DNA from: Mobula hypostoma
Taxonomy: Eukaryota
Direction: 5' to 3'
NCBI RefSeq assembly: GCF_963921235.1
Contig: NC_086109.1
Span: forward strand, 3,412,001-3,476,000
DNA: 64,000 bases
Positions 49,548 to 62,138 of this stretch are shown here, one piece after another; the stretch's first letter is position 1, and each line of letters begins with the position of its first letter. The translations under genes were made by a program, and so were the position numbers. The notes under the pieces are model-generated. The model saw nothing but the letters and a program-made list of their open reading frames with translations, made no database searches and was not told the origin of the DNA.

Positions 49548-49912
49548 TACTATCCTCCATGGTATCCAAGACATCTTCACGGAGTGGTGCCTCAGAAAGG
49601 TGGTTTCCATCATGAAGGACCCACACCATCCACGTGCCCTCTTCTCATTGTTACCATCAGGAAGGAAGCACACAAGCCTGAAGGCACGCATCCGATCATC
49701 CAGAACAGCTTCCTCCCCTCTGCCATCCGATTTCTGAATAGACCATGATTGCTTGAGCACCATTTCACGACTCTTTCATTTCTGTTTTTGCAGTACTTAA
49801 TTTAACTATTTAATAAACATATGCTTACCGCAATTCATTTTTTGTCTATATTTATCATGCATTGCCACAAATGGCATGACAAATGCTGGTGGTATTAAAC
49901 CTGATTCTGATT
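49548..49912 (+). mobile_element. L2/Rex1-group LINE 3' fragment
   Basis: GIQDIFTEWCLRKVVSIMKDPHHPRALFSLLPSGRK plus aaacctgattctgatt tail. Confidence 0.85.
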
Positions 49913-51679
49913 TTCTCACTAACCCGTACATCTTTGAAATGTTGTGGGAGGAACGGGGGCACCCTGAGGAAAGATGTGTGGTTGCGGGGAGAACGTACAA
50001 ACTCCTTGCAGGCAGCAGAGGGAATTGAACTTGAGCCGTTATGTTAACCCTGCCAACCACTGATTATTGTTCATTGTCTTTCATCTCAGAATCCCTTTCC
50101 TGAAATGCTAATGGGGTCTTATCGGAGCAGGTTTTGATTTTGTGCAATGTCAGCCATTTGACAATTATGTCACTGATGTCTTGATCTCCAGCCTCCCCCC
50201 TCCCCCTTGCTGGATGACTGTGATGCTCCTGATAATTTTGCTCTTTCTTTCCCCCATCCAAGCCCCTTCCAACCACATCCCACCTTGTCAAGCTCTCTGT
50301 TCCAGTTGCTGCCGTCGCTCGTCACCTCACTGAGAAGGGCTTTTATACAAACCAAGACTCTCTCATTTTTTACCTCGACGTGTTGGAAGTGCCTTCTGAG
50401 GCATTTCAGTAAGAAATGTCTGTGGTTATAAATGAAAAAGCACTGGTGGATTGTGTAATGGTCCTGCAATCCATCATAGTATGACTGTACATCATTGTGA
50501 AATACTTGTGGAGAACCCCCGTTAATAGCCATCACAGATATAGGCCATATATCTAAACATCATCGGCCTGACTGCTAAGTGCTTTCTAACTTACCCCTAT
50601 CGATCCTGGGATTTTTGCTGTTCTCAGTGCTTCTTTTAAACTGACTAAGAATTTTAGAAGCTGCAGAAATTGGTCTACATACCCAGAGCACATTTGTATC
50701 TAATGGTGGGGTGAATGCACAGAGAGAGATACAGATGTTTCACACGCTCTGGACTCAATTTTGAATGCCCTGGCTGGAAGTTTTTCAGATTTGAGTTGAT
50801 GTTTAAATAATTGTCAACATTTCACATAAGCAGTACTTTCTGCTCATTGCCGTTCCTCCCCTCCCTTCCATCTTTATTTGCATCCATGAGGAGCAGGAAT
50901 CTCTTGTAACTAGAGAAAACAGTCCTGACCGTGACCAATTCTGTTCTGAACTCCTCGCTAGACAAGAATGTGTAGGGATTCAAGACAGGCCCCTACCATT
51001 GAGCAGCATGAGGGGGGGAGATGCTTTACCAGATAACTTTAAAGGAATTTCACATTAAAGTTGGCTCGTCGTTCCTAAACAATGCATGTCTTTTCCAAAA
51101 ACATTTAATCTTCAATATCAAATCTTGAAACTTGGCAAAGGAAATCTCCTGAAAGATTCCTAGGTTTTGTGTGTGAATCTTCATGGGAGAAAATGAAAGA
51201 GGAATTGCTGCTTTTACAGATGTATATTGTAAATAAGTTATTGGCAGTTGTCTCCACATGGTACAGAGCAGCAAAGCAGCCAACTAACCTGCTTTGGAGA
51301 ATTAGGTCTTTTAGAATCTCTGGGGCTCCTTTTACTGTGATAAGATGGTAAGCCAGCAGCTGTCAAGGGTTTTATTGCCTGAGCTGGTTTACCATCTGAG
51401 GACAGCGGCTCCCAGTGTTCCGAAGCTCACGGTTTTCATGACAAAAATTATCATAAAAGCAGAGGAATAGAAAATTTGGCCCTTTAAATGGCCCTACCAA
51501 TGATCAGAATCAAAACGAGGTTTATTATCAGTAACATGTCGTCAAATTTGTTGTTTTGTGGCAGCAGTACAGAGCAATACACTAGTACTATAAATTACGA
51601 TAAGAAATGTATACAGAAAGGTGAAGTGATCAGGACAGCGCTGATCCTTTACCTCAATGCCAGTTTCAAGCAGCTCCCA

Positions 51680-52010
51680 ATAAGACCATAAGATATAGGA
51701 GCAAAATTAGGCCATTTGGCCCATCCAGTCTGCTCTACCATTTCATCTTGGCTGATCCATTTACCCGCTCAGCCCCAATCTTCTGCTTTCTCCCCATATT
51801 CTTTCATGCAGTGACTAATCAACAATCTATCAACCTCTGCCTTAAATATACCCAATGACTTGGCCTCCACAGAGGAGTATGACAATGAACTCTACAGATT
51901 CACCACCCTCAGGCTAAAGATATTCCTTCTCACCTCTGTTCTAAAAGGACACCCCTCTATTCTGAGTTGTGCCCCCTGGTCCTAGACTCTCCCACCACAG
52001 GAAACAATGT
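51680..52010 (-). mobile_element. CR1 3' end
   Basis: taagaccataagatataggagcaaaattaggccatttggccc tail; homologous to 35896-36165. Confidence 0.88.
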
Positions 52011-53047
52011 CCCCTGTCTGCTTTAACATCCCGAAAGCTATCAATCTTTATTTCAAATGAACTCAGTAAGTGTCACTACAGGCCTCAGCAGGGAAGAATT
52101 CCAAAGGTTCTGCCTGACGAACCGTCCCTCTGACCTGTGTGAAGAATTGCTTTCCTCAGTCCTGAGTGACCTACCCTCATTCAGAGAAAATGAGCCTTTT
52201 TCCTTCCCTGATCCAGCCTGCTCAACCCTGTAAGAATTCTGAAAGTTTGATAGAGATCATCTCTCATTCTTTTCACCATGGGCCTAATCTACTCGACTTC
52301 TGCTCGAATGGCTAAGCTGTTACTCCCAGAATCAGTCGAATGAATCTGCACTACACTCCCTCCAGGGCACTTTTATCAATTTCTTCAGCAAAGAGATCAA
52401 ACCTGCATTCAATACTTTCCGTGGTCCCTTTGAGGCTGCCGATAATTTGTTGTGACACCTGTACTGTTGTCCTCAACTTTACTTCTCACTCAAGACCAGC
52501 AGTCCATTTGCCTTTCAAATTGTTTGTCAATCTGTATGTTAGGCTTCCGTGTAAAGTGCAATTCAGGAACAGCTTCTTCCCCTCTATCATTAAATTTCTG
52601 AATGGTCGTTGAATCCATGAACACTGCCTCATTACTTTTTTCCCTCTTTTTTACACTGCTTATTTTAACTTAACTTTTTAATATATCTATTACCTGCTGT
52701 AATTTACAGTTTTTAATATTATGTATTGCATTCTACTGCTGCCGCATAACAACAAATTTCAAGACGTGTGCTGGTGATACTAATTCTGATTCTGATACCT
52801 TTGAATATCAACATTACTCGATCTCCAAATGTTTCAGAACACACTTGTTTTTTTTTCTTTTAAAGATGGGTAAACGTGCTTGTCTCCACCTTCGCACCCT
52901 GTCTGTGCACTTGTCTCTGCCCTGTTGAAGACTTTTGATCGCCTCCCTGTTCAAAACCCCACCCACTGATGTCAAACTGATAAGAACAGATACTGTTCTT
53001 GATCTTGGACAAAAGGCCGAGAAGCGATGTGTATCAACAGACTCCAA

Positions 53048-53355
53048 TTCATTTGCCTGTTACACTGCTGTCATTTAGGGCAATAATGAAGGTGCTCTAT
53101 CTCTGCCTGTCCTCGCTCTCACACAGATATAGAAAGACTCTTCATTAGTGTTTCCATAACTTTTTTTTATCAGTTAGGGTTGTTAGCCCTGAGATGATTC
53201 CCTGAACCTGCAGGACCAGTGGACCACTCTTAATTTGGCCTCTACCCTTTGAAATGTCTGGCATTGGTGACCCAACCAAGAGTCTGAGCACAAGGCCCTG
53301 ACTCCAGCCAATATAGCCCTCTGGGTCATTGAGGCACACAAGCCTGCAAACCCAA
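53048..53355 (-). mobile_element. RTE-derived non-autonomous retroposon
   Basis: Reverse complement of 9560-9870 with the same 5'/3' junction. Confidence 0.7.
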
Positions 53356-54609
53356 CGGCAGGTATCTCAGCCTCTTGTCTTAAGATCAAGTGCAGTATCT
53401 GCACACTCACATCCTCTGATGTTTACTCCTCTCGGCAGAATTGTTGCCATTGACTTTGCAGAGTTGTGATGTCCCAGCAGTCATGGCCTGTCAGTCTGAG
53501 AGATCGTACCCTGGAAGCATAGGACACTGAAATGGGCCGGTAGGCTTCCTCGTCCATTCTGATTGTGGAGGTTGCTTACAGTAATCCCGCTGGCCCATAT
53601 TGAGCCCCTATCTCTATGCACATCTCCAATCCAAGTACCTGTTCAAACACTTTTAAACATTATAATTCATAAATTCATGGAGTTATCCAGCAATGGCTTG
53701 ACAAAACTGACTGGTTTTATCTACCTGAGAAAGTCCCATTTGCCCGTGTTTGACCAATATAATCTAAACCGGGGGTTCCCAAACTGGTATTGGTCCATGG
53801 CATAAAAAATGTTGGGAACCTCTACCCTGAACCTTTCCTATCCATGTACCTGTCTAACTGCCTTTTAGCCATTGCATTTGTACCTATAGCTACTACATGT
53901 CGGTCAGTGGGTTTAGTGTAAGCAGCCGTCACAGTCAGAATGGATGGGGAGGTCAAAGGGCCCATTTTAGTACCCTACACTTCTATATCTCTATAAATCC
54001 CAGAGTACGATACCTCAGACTAGCACAAATAGTCATTGCAAGCTCGACTTCAATGCCTAAGAGAAGTTTGGATGGATACATGGATAGTAGGGAAATGGAG
54101 GGCTATGGTCCTGGTGCAGGTCGTTGGGAGTAGGCAGTTTGAATAGTTTTCGGTATGGACTAGATGGGCCGAAGGGCTTGTTTCTGTGCTGTGCTTCCCA
54201 TGAATCTGTGGCTTTCTTATTTTATTACCTTTCTTCCTCTGGGTGTAAAACTTTCCCCTCAGATCCCCTCTCAATTTCTCCCCTTCATGTTTTCAAAAGA
54301 CAGCTGCTTCTGCACCAAGATGTTTCCGCTGTTGACATACTGGAGTGCTAACTGATGCCATTCAGCCCTCTTATTCTAGCCTATTGCTGTTTCCCATTCC
54401 ACAGTCTTTGGACCAATCATCATTTTCAACTCATTTTGCTTTTAGATCTTCAAAGGTCTGAAAGGAACTGGAGTAAATACCGGAAGACCAATTGGTGTGT
54501 GTAGACCATGGCTGTTGGTGTTGGCAGTGTTGGACACTGCACTTTGTTGGACTTCTGTCGAGAGCGCTGTACTCAGGCAGTTAAATAATGAGCAGTCCTC
54601 ACCATTAGC

Positions 54610-54810
54610 CAGCCAGTGGTGTGTGGCATCCGGACTGAACTTTGAGGCAAGTTGTCCCAGGTTCAAATCCGGCTGGCTCCTTGCACGCTTTCCATCTGTG
54701 CTGTCTTGAGCGTCAAGTTCGCAACTCGGTCTCATAAAAAATAGTCAAATGCTAAAGAAACAGCAAGGTTGCTGTCTAATGTGCCATAAGGCATAAAAAG
54801 GAACAACAAG
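54610..54810 (+). mobile_element. tRNA-derived SINE with an (aac)n-like tail
   Basis: A-box-like gtggtgtgtggc, B box ggttcaaatcc, tail ggaacaacaa. Confidence 0.5.
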
Positions 54811-55180
54811 TCCTTCCAATAGTTGGTTATCCAGTGATGCGACTGAAGTTTACCTGACATTTGGGGTGGTGAGGTGGTGTGATCGGATAAGGAGGGACAT
54901 TAAGGATCTCGGCCCAAAAAGTCAGCTGTTTAATAATTTCCATGGATGCTGCCTGACCTGCTGAGTTCCTCCAGTAATTTGTGTCTGTTGCTTTGTTAAG
55001 TCTGCTGGCTGGGACATCTTGGATCAGGGTAATTTCTAAAGTTAGAGCCAGGTATTTCAGCAATGAAATTGGTAAACCTCTTCTCACAAAATGTGTGGGA
55101 GAAATTTGGAATTCCTCGCCACAGGCTTCAAGCATGAAAGATTAGTTATTAACATTTGGAAGCAGAGAACTGATGGGCTT

Positions 55181-55358
55181 TTCATCAGGGATAGTGGAAA
55201 GGCGGGAGTGTGGGGTTCATCAGGGATAGTGGAAAGGCGGGAGTGTAGAGTTCATCAGGGTTAGTGGGAAGGCGGGAGTGTGGAGTTCATCAGGTATAGT
55301 GGGAAGGCGGGAGTGTAGAGTTCATCAGGGATAGTGGGAAGGCAGGAGTGTAGAGTTC
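55181..55358. repeat. 35-bp minisatellite, 5 copies
   Basis: ttcatcagggatagtgg(g/a)aaggcgggagtgt(a/g)gag starting at 55181, 55216, 55251, 55286 and 55321. Confidence 0.95.
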
Positions 55359-56619
55359 GGATCCCATTGAATGTTGCGACAGACCTGAAAGTTGATAGGA
55401 CCTTTTCCTCTTCCCCTATTATTATTGGCAGATTCTTCTCAGCAAATTTTGAAAAATGCATCCAGATAATGTCTCTGAGAAAGTTTGAAGCTTCCTGATA
55501 ATTCAGAGAATAGTTAGTACATCTGTTAGGTAATCTGCATCACTGCTACTGTTAGGACCACATGCTGGGGGATTGTCTCACATATCCTCTACACTTCAGT
55601 CCAGAATCTTCGAAAGCTCTGTGGATTGAAAATGCTGTTCAACTCAACATAAAAAGTTTTGTTTCTTGTGGTCACTGGAATAGAATTCCAGTCCTGCACC
55701 CCGTTTTCACCTGGAGCTGAACTTGGGATTGTGTGATCCTAGGACCGAGGCCCCTGTCTCCCCAGCACCCCAGCTCCCATCATCCTCACTGAACAGAAGA
55801 TATTTTTCTGCTGAAGTTCTTTATTTTGTCATTAAATTTTGGAATGTGCATGGGACCTTTGTCCTCATTCAGCATATTGCTTTGTTAACTTTGCTAACTT
55901 CAAACTCTTATGTCTGTTTTTATTGAAATACGGTTGTCTGTACTGAAACCCCAGGTGGCTGTGTGCTAGAATTGGACGGTTAGGCTCATGAAGTTGTACG
56001 GCACAGAGGGTAGACACAAGGAAGTCCCTGCCCTAAAATGTGGACCCATCCTTGAGATCCATGGCCGAGTCGAAGTGCTGTTTCCACTTTCTTCTGCTTC
56101 CCCAAATCTCTGATGGTCCTGGTTTGGGCTGTGAGGAGGTGTTTATCCTGGGGAATGGGGTGGGGGAGGGGCAGTGCTTCCATGTCCCATCCTGAGGGGT
56201 TTATGTTCTATCCCAGAGATAAGACAAACTGTGTGCCTCACTCTGCACACAATGAAGCTCAACGTGATTCATCTTTGCTGTGTTTGCCAGGACAAGTGCT
56301 AGATAATGGATTTTTTATTTCCTCAGTTGTGTGAGAGCACAATCTGATTACCTTCCCACTGAGACCTTAATAAGTACAACAAAAGTCTATGACAGAAACA
56401 GGCTATTCGGCCCAATTAATCTGTGTTGCTGTCCCCTCCATGAACTCTTTCTCTGCAAATCCTCAAATTCCCCTCTTCCTTGTTCATTTCTCCAGTTCCT
56501 CGGAATCTGTCAATGCTTCCCCATTCACTACCCCCCCCCTAATGTGTCAGCTTCTTGTTGAGGGTGAAGAAGGGCCTGTTGGAGAGTTTAGCTGGTCTCA
56601 GTAACCTGAGGAAGCCGCT

Positions 56620-57345
56620 GCAGGGGGGGTGTGATTGGGGTGTAGGTGTAGTGACTGATAGCTGTAGGAAGGTGTGATGGGTATAGGTGTGTCTGACAGC
56701 TGCAGGGGGTGTGATGGGGTGTAGGTGTAGTGGCTGACAGCTGTAGGAGGGTGTGATGGGGTATAGGTATGGTGGCAGACAGCTGAAGCTCTTTGTAATG
56801 GGGTGTGGGGGGGATTATGATGGAGTGTAGTGGGGTATTTCACAGAGGTTGGTCTGTGATGGGATGAGGGGAGGATTGTGATGGAGTCTAGTGGGTATCT
56901 GACAGTTATATGTCTGTGACGGAGTGTAGTGAGTATCTGACAGTTATAGCCCTGTGACGGGGTGTGGAGAGTATATGACAGTTATAGGTCTGTGGTGAAG
57001 TGTGGTGGGTGTTTGGCAGTTGTAGATCAGTGTAACGGGTGTAGGGGCATGATGGGTGTAGGGGCATGACGGTGTAGGGGCGTGACAGGTGTAGGGGTGT
57101 AACGGGTATAGGGGTGTGACGGTGTAGGGGCATGATGGGTGTAGGGGCATGACGGTGTAGGGGCGTGACAGGTGTAGGGGTGTAACGGGTATAGGAATGT
57201 GACAGTGTAGGGGCGTGACGGTGTAGGGGTGTAATGGGTGTAGGGGCGTGACGGTGTAGGGGTGTAATGGGTGTAGGGACGTGACGGTGCAGGGGTGTGA
57301 CGGTGCAGGGGTGTGACAGTGTAGGGGCGTGACGGTGTAGGGGCA
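56620..57345. repeat. G/T-rich degenerate minisatellite (ggtgtaggggcgtgac-type units)
   Basis: Many 16-18 bp variants of ggtgtagggg(c/t)(a/g)tgac; strong G versus C skew. Confidence 0.9.
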
Positions 57346-57799
57346 ATATCCAACAGCAGCTCTGCACTACCTTCTTTACTGCTGAGAAAAGTTAATTTTA
57401 GAGCAAACCTTATATGGACTAATATGAAAACCCAACATGAACACACAGTCAATAATTGAAACTGACAGATCAGTGGTGTTGGCACCAACTGACTTTCCCT
57501 GGTGGGGAAGGGGTCTGTAGTCATTACAGTGAGTTTCCTCTCCAGTGATGGAACTGGGCACTTTCTGTATTTGGATTTTTGGGATTTAGTCATTATAGGG
57601 AAGGTCATTGTCCCTAGTTGCCCTTGAGAAGGGATTGATGAGCTGTAGTCTCGGACTATTGTAATCGTTTGGGTGTAGAGGTTCCCATGGTGCTGTTGGG
57701 GAGGAAGTTGCAGGATTTAGACCCAGCGATGGTGAACTAATGCTGAATGTTTCCAAGTGGAAGTGTATGTGTCTTGGAAAGGATCTCGCACCCTTGTTG

Positions 57800-58925
57800 A
57801 GAATCAGAATCTGAACCAAGTTTATTACCACTGACATATGTTGTGAAATTAGTTGTTTTGTGGCTGCAGCGCAGTGTGAGGCTTGAAAAAAACTACAAAA
57901 AAAGAAGTATTAAAAAGAGTGCGGAGAGTGAGGTGGAGTTCACGGGCAGAATTTCAGAAGGTGACGAGAGGGCGTACAGGAGTGAGACACATCAGCTAGT
58001 TGAGTGGTGTCACAGCAACAACCTTGCCATCAATGTCAGTAAGACTAAAATATTGATGGTGGGTTTGAAAGGATAGTACGAGGGAACACACACCAGTCCT
58101 CATTGAGGGATCAGCAATGGAAAGGATGAGCAATTCCAAGATCCTGGGTATCAATATCTCAGAGGATCTATCCTGGGCCCAACATATTGATGCAGTTACA
58201 AAGAAGACAGGACAGTATCTATATTTTGTTGAGATTTGGTATGTCACCAAAAACCCTCACAAATTTCTACAGCTGCAATGTGAAGAGCGTTCTGACTGGC
58301 TGTATAACTGTCTCATATGGGGAGGGGATGCACAATGCACAAGATCGAAATAAGCTGCAGAAAGTTGCGACCTCAGTCAGCTCCATCATGTGCACGAGTC
58401 TCCCCGGCATCCAGGACATCTTCAAGGAGGGATACCTTAAAAAGGCATAAACCATCATTAAGGAACCCCGTCAGCCAGGACATACTCTCCACCAAAGAGG
58501 AGATACAAGAGCCTGAAGGAGATACACCCAACAGTTCAGCTTCTTCCCCTCTGACATCAGATTTCTGAATGGACATTGAACCCATGAACACCACCTCAAC
58601 TATCTTGTTTTTCCTCTTTTTGCACTATTTATGTATCTTTTTAAGTATATATATATATTATATATATATACACATGCACACTGTAACTTACAGTTTTTAA
58701 TTTTATTATGGATGACAATATACTCCTGCTGCATAACAACAAATTTCATTACCTATGCTAGTGGTGTTAAACTTCATTCTGATTCTGTGTCCATGAACCG
58801 TTCAGAAATCTGGCGGAGGGGAAGAAGCTGTTTTTAAAACATTGAGTGTGAGTCTTCAGGTTCCTGTCCCCCCTCCTCGATGGTAGTAATGAGAAGAGGG
58901 CATGTCCCGGGTGGTGAGGATCCTT
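57800..58925. mobile_element. Plus-strand L2/Rex1-group LINE (about 57947-58787) inserted into a minus-strand copy of a related family
   Basis: RISEGDERAYRSETHQLVEWCHSNNLAINVSKTK and LGINISEDLSW; the minus copy 57800-57946 resumes at 58788 (ccgttcagaaatctggcggagggg). Confidence 0.82.
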
Positions 58926-59080
58926 TGCTCTTATTCTCGTTCTGCTCAGAGATCAGTCGAGTTGAACTGGGGATCTGAGAGATTGGTAGAGGGCGGTAGC
59001 AGTGAGAAGGGTCAGCCATGATCTGGGTGACCGGTGCTGCCTCCTGAGTCAATTCCCCATGTGCGTCTAGGTGGGATTCC

Positions 59081-59093
59081 GTTACCTAGCAAC
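59081..59093. promoter_or_regulatory. RFX X-box motif
   Basis: GTTACCTAGCAAC fits GTNRCC-N-RGYAAC; in unique DNA next to CAGGAAGT (ETS-like) near 59147. Confidence 0.35.
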
Positions 59094-59336
59094 AATAATG
59101 TCACTCTTCAAACTAGCCTGGCAGTCAACTTCATTTGCGAGTAGATCAGGAAGTAAACCCACTAACTTGGTCTTTAAAGAGCACAGTGCTCTGAGATTGT
59201 TGGACCAAACCAGTCTCATGCAGCTTAAACGTGCTGCTCCCTTTGAGCTTTGGATCGCCAGTCCTCGAGCAGTGCCATGGTAGGTCTCCCACGTTAGGTA
59301 AAATGATACCAGCCATCAGTCTGTGCCTATGGTGCC

Positions 59337-60108
59337 GTGTGTACACGGAAATGTACATCCCCGCAGTGTAATCTTCCCTGCCCACTGTGTGTACGCGGAA
59401 ATGTACGTCCCCGCAGTGTAATCTTCCCTGCCCACTGTGTGTACGCGGAAATGTACGTCCCCGCAGTGTAATCTTCCCTGCCCACTGTGTGTACGCGGAT
59501 ATGTACGTCCCCGCAGTGTAATCTTCCCTGCCCACTGTGTGTACGCGGATATGTACGTCCCCGCAGTGTAATCTTCCCTGCCCACTGTGTGTACGCGGAA
59601 ATGTACGTCCCCGCAGTGTAATCTTCCCTGCCCACTGTGTGTACGCGGAAATGTACGTCCCCGCAGTGTAATCTTCCCTGCCCACTGTGTGTACGCGGAA
59701 ATGTACGTCCCCGCAGTGTAATCTTCCCTGCCCACTGTGTGTACGCGGAAATGTACGTCCCCGCAGTGTAATCTTCCCTGCCCACTGTGTGTACGCGGAT
59801 ATGTACGTCCCCGCAGTGTAATCTTCCCTGCCCACTGTGTGTACGCGGATATGTACGTCCCCGCAGTGTAATCTTCCCTGCCCACTGTGTGTACGCGGAA
59901 ATGTACGTCCCCGCAGTGTAATCTTCCCTGCCCACTGTGTGTACGCGGATATGTACGTCCCCGCAGTGTAATCTTCCCTGCCCACTGTGTGTACGCGGAA
60001 ATGTACGTCCCCGCAGTGTAATCTTCCCTGCCCACTGTGTGTACGCGGATATGTACGTCCCCGCAGTGTAATCTTCCCTGCCCACTGTGTGTACACGGAA
60101 ATGTACAT
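59337..60108. repeat. 50-bp CpG-rich minisatellite, about 15.4 near-identical copies
   Basis: Unit gtgtgtacgcgga(a/t)atgtacgtccccgcagtgtaatcttccctgcccact with an exact 50-bp period. Confidence 0.98.
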
Positions 60109-60309
60109 TTCCGCTCTTATCTTCCCTACCCACTGCTCCGTTTGAGATGAGCCAACTTTACTTGTCACATGTATATCGAAACATCGAAACACACAGTAAA
60201 CTGCACCATTTGCAGCAATGGCCAACACAGTCTGAAGATGTGCTGGGGGTAGCCCGCAAGTTTTGCCACGCTTCCAGCAGCAATGTAGCATGCCCACAAC
60301 TCACTAACT

Positions 60310-60455
60310 CTTTGGAATGTGGGAGGAAACTGAAGCACCCAGTGGAGACCCACATGGTCAGGGGAAGAACGTACCAACTTCTCACAGACTGTGGCGGGAT
60401 TTGAACCCCGGTCCTCCGACCTGGTGCTGTAATGCACACACCAACCGTTATGCTG
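60310..60455 (-). mobile_element. V-SINE
   Basis: gtgggaggaaactgaagcacccagtggagacccac (reverse V-domain) and gggatttgaaccc (reverse B box). Confidence 0.78.
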
Positions 60456-61584
60456 CTGTGTCCCGAATTCCAACCCGTGAGACCCACCAATCCTCCCAAT
60501 CTGATCTCCCTCAGCAGTGACCACTCAGTTTCTGGGACCAGTCCTCCACGATCAGAGACATTTGGTCCTCCTGCAGGGGGTAATGATAGACCGCTGGAGG
60601 AGGGGGGAGGCACAGGACACAGATTGGTATCAGCCAGTCAGAATGACTGAGGAAGGTTGTCACTTTGTGGTGTGAACCCCTGGAACTGTCTCTGTTAGCG
60701 GGCCATGGGTTGTCATTTTCTGAGGATATTCTCGGTTAAAGTGGAAAGAGCTTCATATATTGAAGGAATGGCAGGAAGCCCAGATGAGGCAGAGTCCAAG
60801 CTCAGAGGTTGGCCAGCATCGTAATTGCCTCATGGAGTGGGTTCTAGGGGCCAAAAGGACCACTTGGCCCTGGGGTCTGCTCTGCAGTCCTGATCTTGGC
60901 CTTCCTTTCCCGTCTGTTCCACAACCCTTAGTCCCCAGTATCTCATTAATGATCTAATTTGGCTTCGGATGTTTGATCATTCAATGTCTGCTGCTCTCTG
61001 GGCAGAGACCTGCAAAGAATGCTCCAACAGCCAACATAGATCCAGAAATTATTTGACTTCCTGCCCCTAAATAACAGTCCCTGAGTTGCCCAGTGTTTTA
61101 CCCCTAAATAACGGTCCCTGGTAATGCTTAGACTGCCAAGGTGATGATTAGTACACATCTCCCCAAAGGAAAACTGATAGCTGAGAGTTCTGGTTTGGTT
61201 TATGTTCTGTCACAAACTCTGTTCCCTTGCCATGATTCCTGCTCCCTGTCTGTTTCCCCAGGTTGATCTGTTTGCTTCACCCGAAGAAACATTAACCATT
61301 AATATTTTAATCATCTAGTCAGCTATTTCTCATACCTGTTCATATCGCCTAGTTTTATATCTCACCATCAACATTGCTTTTCCATTTCAAAGGGGGCTAT
61401 GGTGGTGCAATTGTGGCAGTCTTAACTTTAAAAGGCTGAACTGTAAGTCTTCAGTTCCAACCTTCCTTCTGTATTTGGCATCTACAAGGTGTTAACAGGG
61501 AAAAGCAGTGACTGGGCCAAGTCAGAGTAATTATTGAAATGTTCCAGCGTATTGAAATGATTGCACTGTCTGCTTTTCGAGTCA

Positions 61585-62040
61585 AAAAGACATGGAGAAG
61601 TACAGCAAGGAAACAGGCCCTTCGGCCCATCTAGTCCATGCCAAAACCATCTAAACTGCTCACTCTCATTGACCTGCACAGGGACCATAGCCCTCCATGC
61701 CCCTACCATCCATGTACCTATCCAAACTTCTCTTAAACGTTGGAATTGAGCTCACATGCACCACTTGTGCTGGCAGCTCGTTCCACACTCTCACCACCCT
61801 CTGAGTGAAGAAGTTTCCCCTTGTGTTCCCCTTAAACTTTTCACCTTTCAACCTTAAGCCATGACCTCTGGTTGTAGTCTCACCCAACCTCAGTGGAAAA
61901 AGGCTGCGTGCATTTACCCTATCTATACCCCTCTTCATTTTGTATACCTCTATCACACCTCCTCTCAATCTTCTATGTTCCAAGGAATAAAGCTCTGATA
62001 ACTCAGGCCCGCCAGACCTGGCAACATCCTTGTAAATTTC
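61585..62040 (-). mobile_element. CR1 3' part
   Basis: ORF 61666-62070 YSLEHRRLRGGVIEVYKMKRGIDRV...TRGHGLRLKGEKFKGNTRGNFFTQRVVRVWNEL. Confidence 0.92.
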
Positions 62041-62138
62041 CCAAAATCCCATCTTCTGAACTGGATACATTGATTTATGAAGGCCTTTGTAATAAGGTGA
62101 GAAAAAGTCAGTAATTTTAATGGAGGTATCTTTAGCAA

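Noticed and set aside
56906..57608. Pro/His/Thr-rich ORFs
   Set aside because: Translation of the C-rich strand of a minisatellite.
59337..60108. CRISPR-like array
   Set aside because: The units are contiguous 50-bp repeats with no unique spacers, no cas genes and a eukaryotic context; it is a minisatellite.
59146..60297. Three long overlapping ORFs (383, 239, 268 aa)
   Set aside because: By-product of a stop-free 50-bp unit cycling through all frames; no domain, and the 5' end lies in SINE/repeat sequence.
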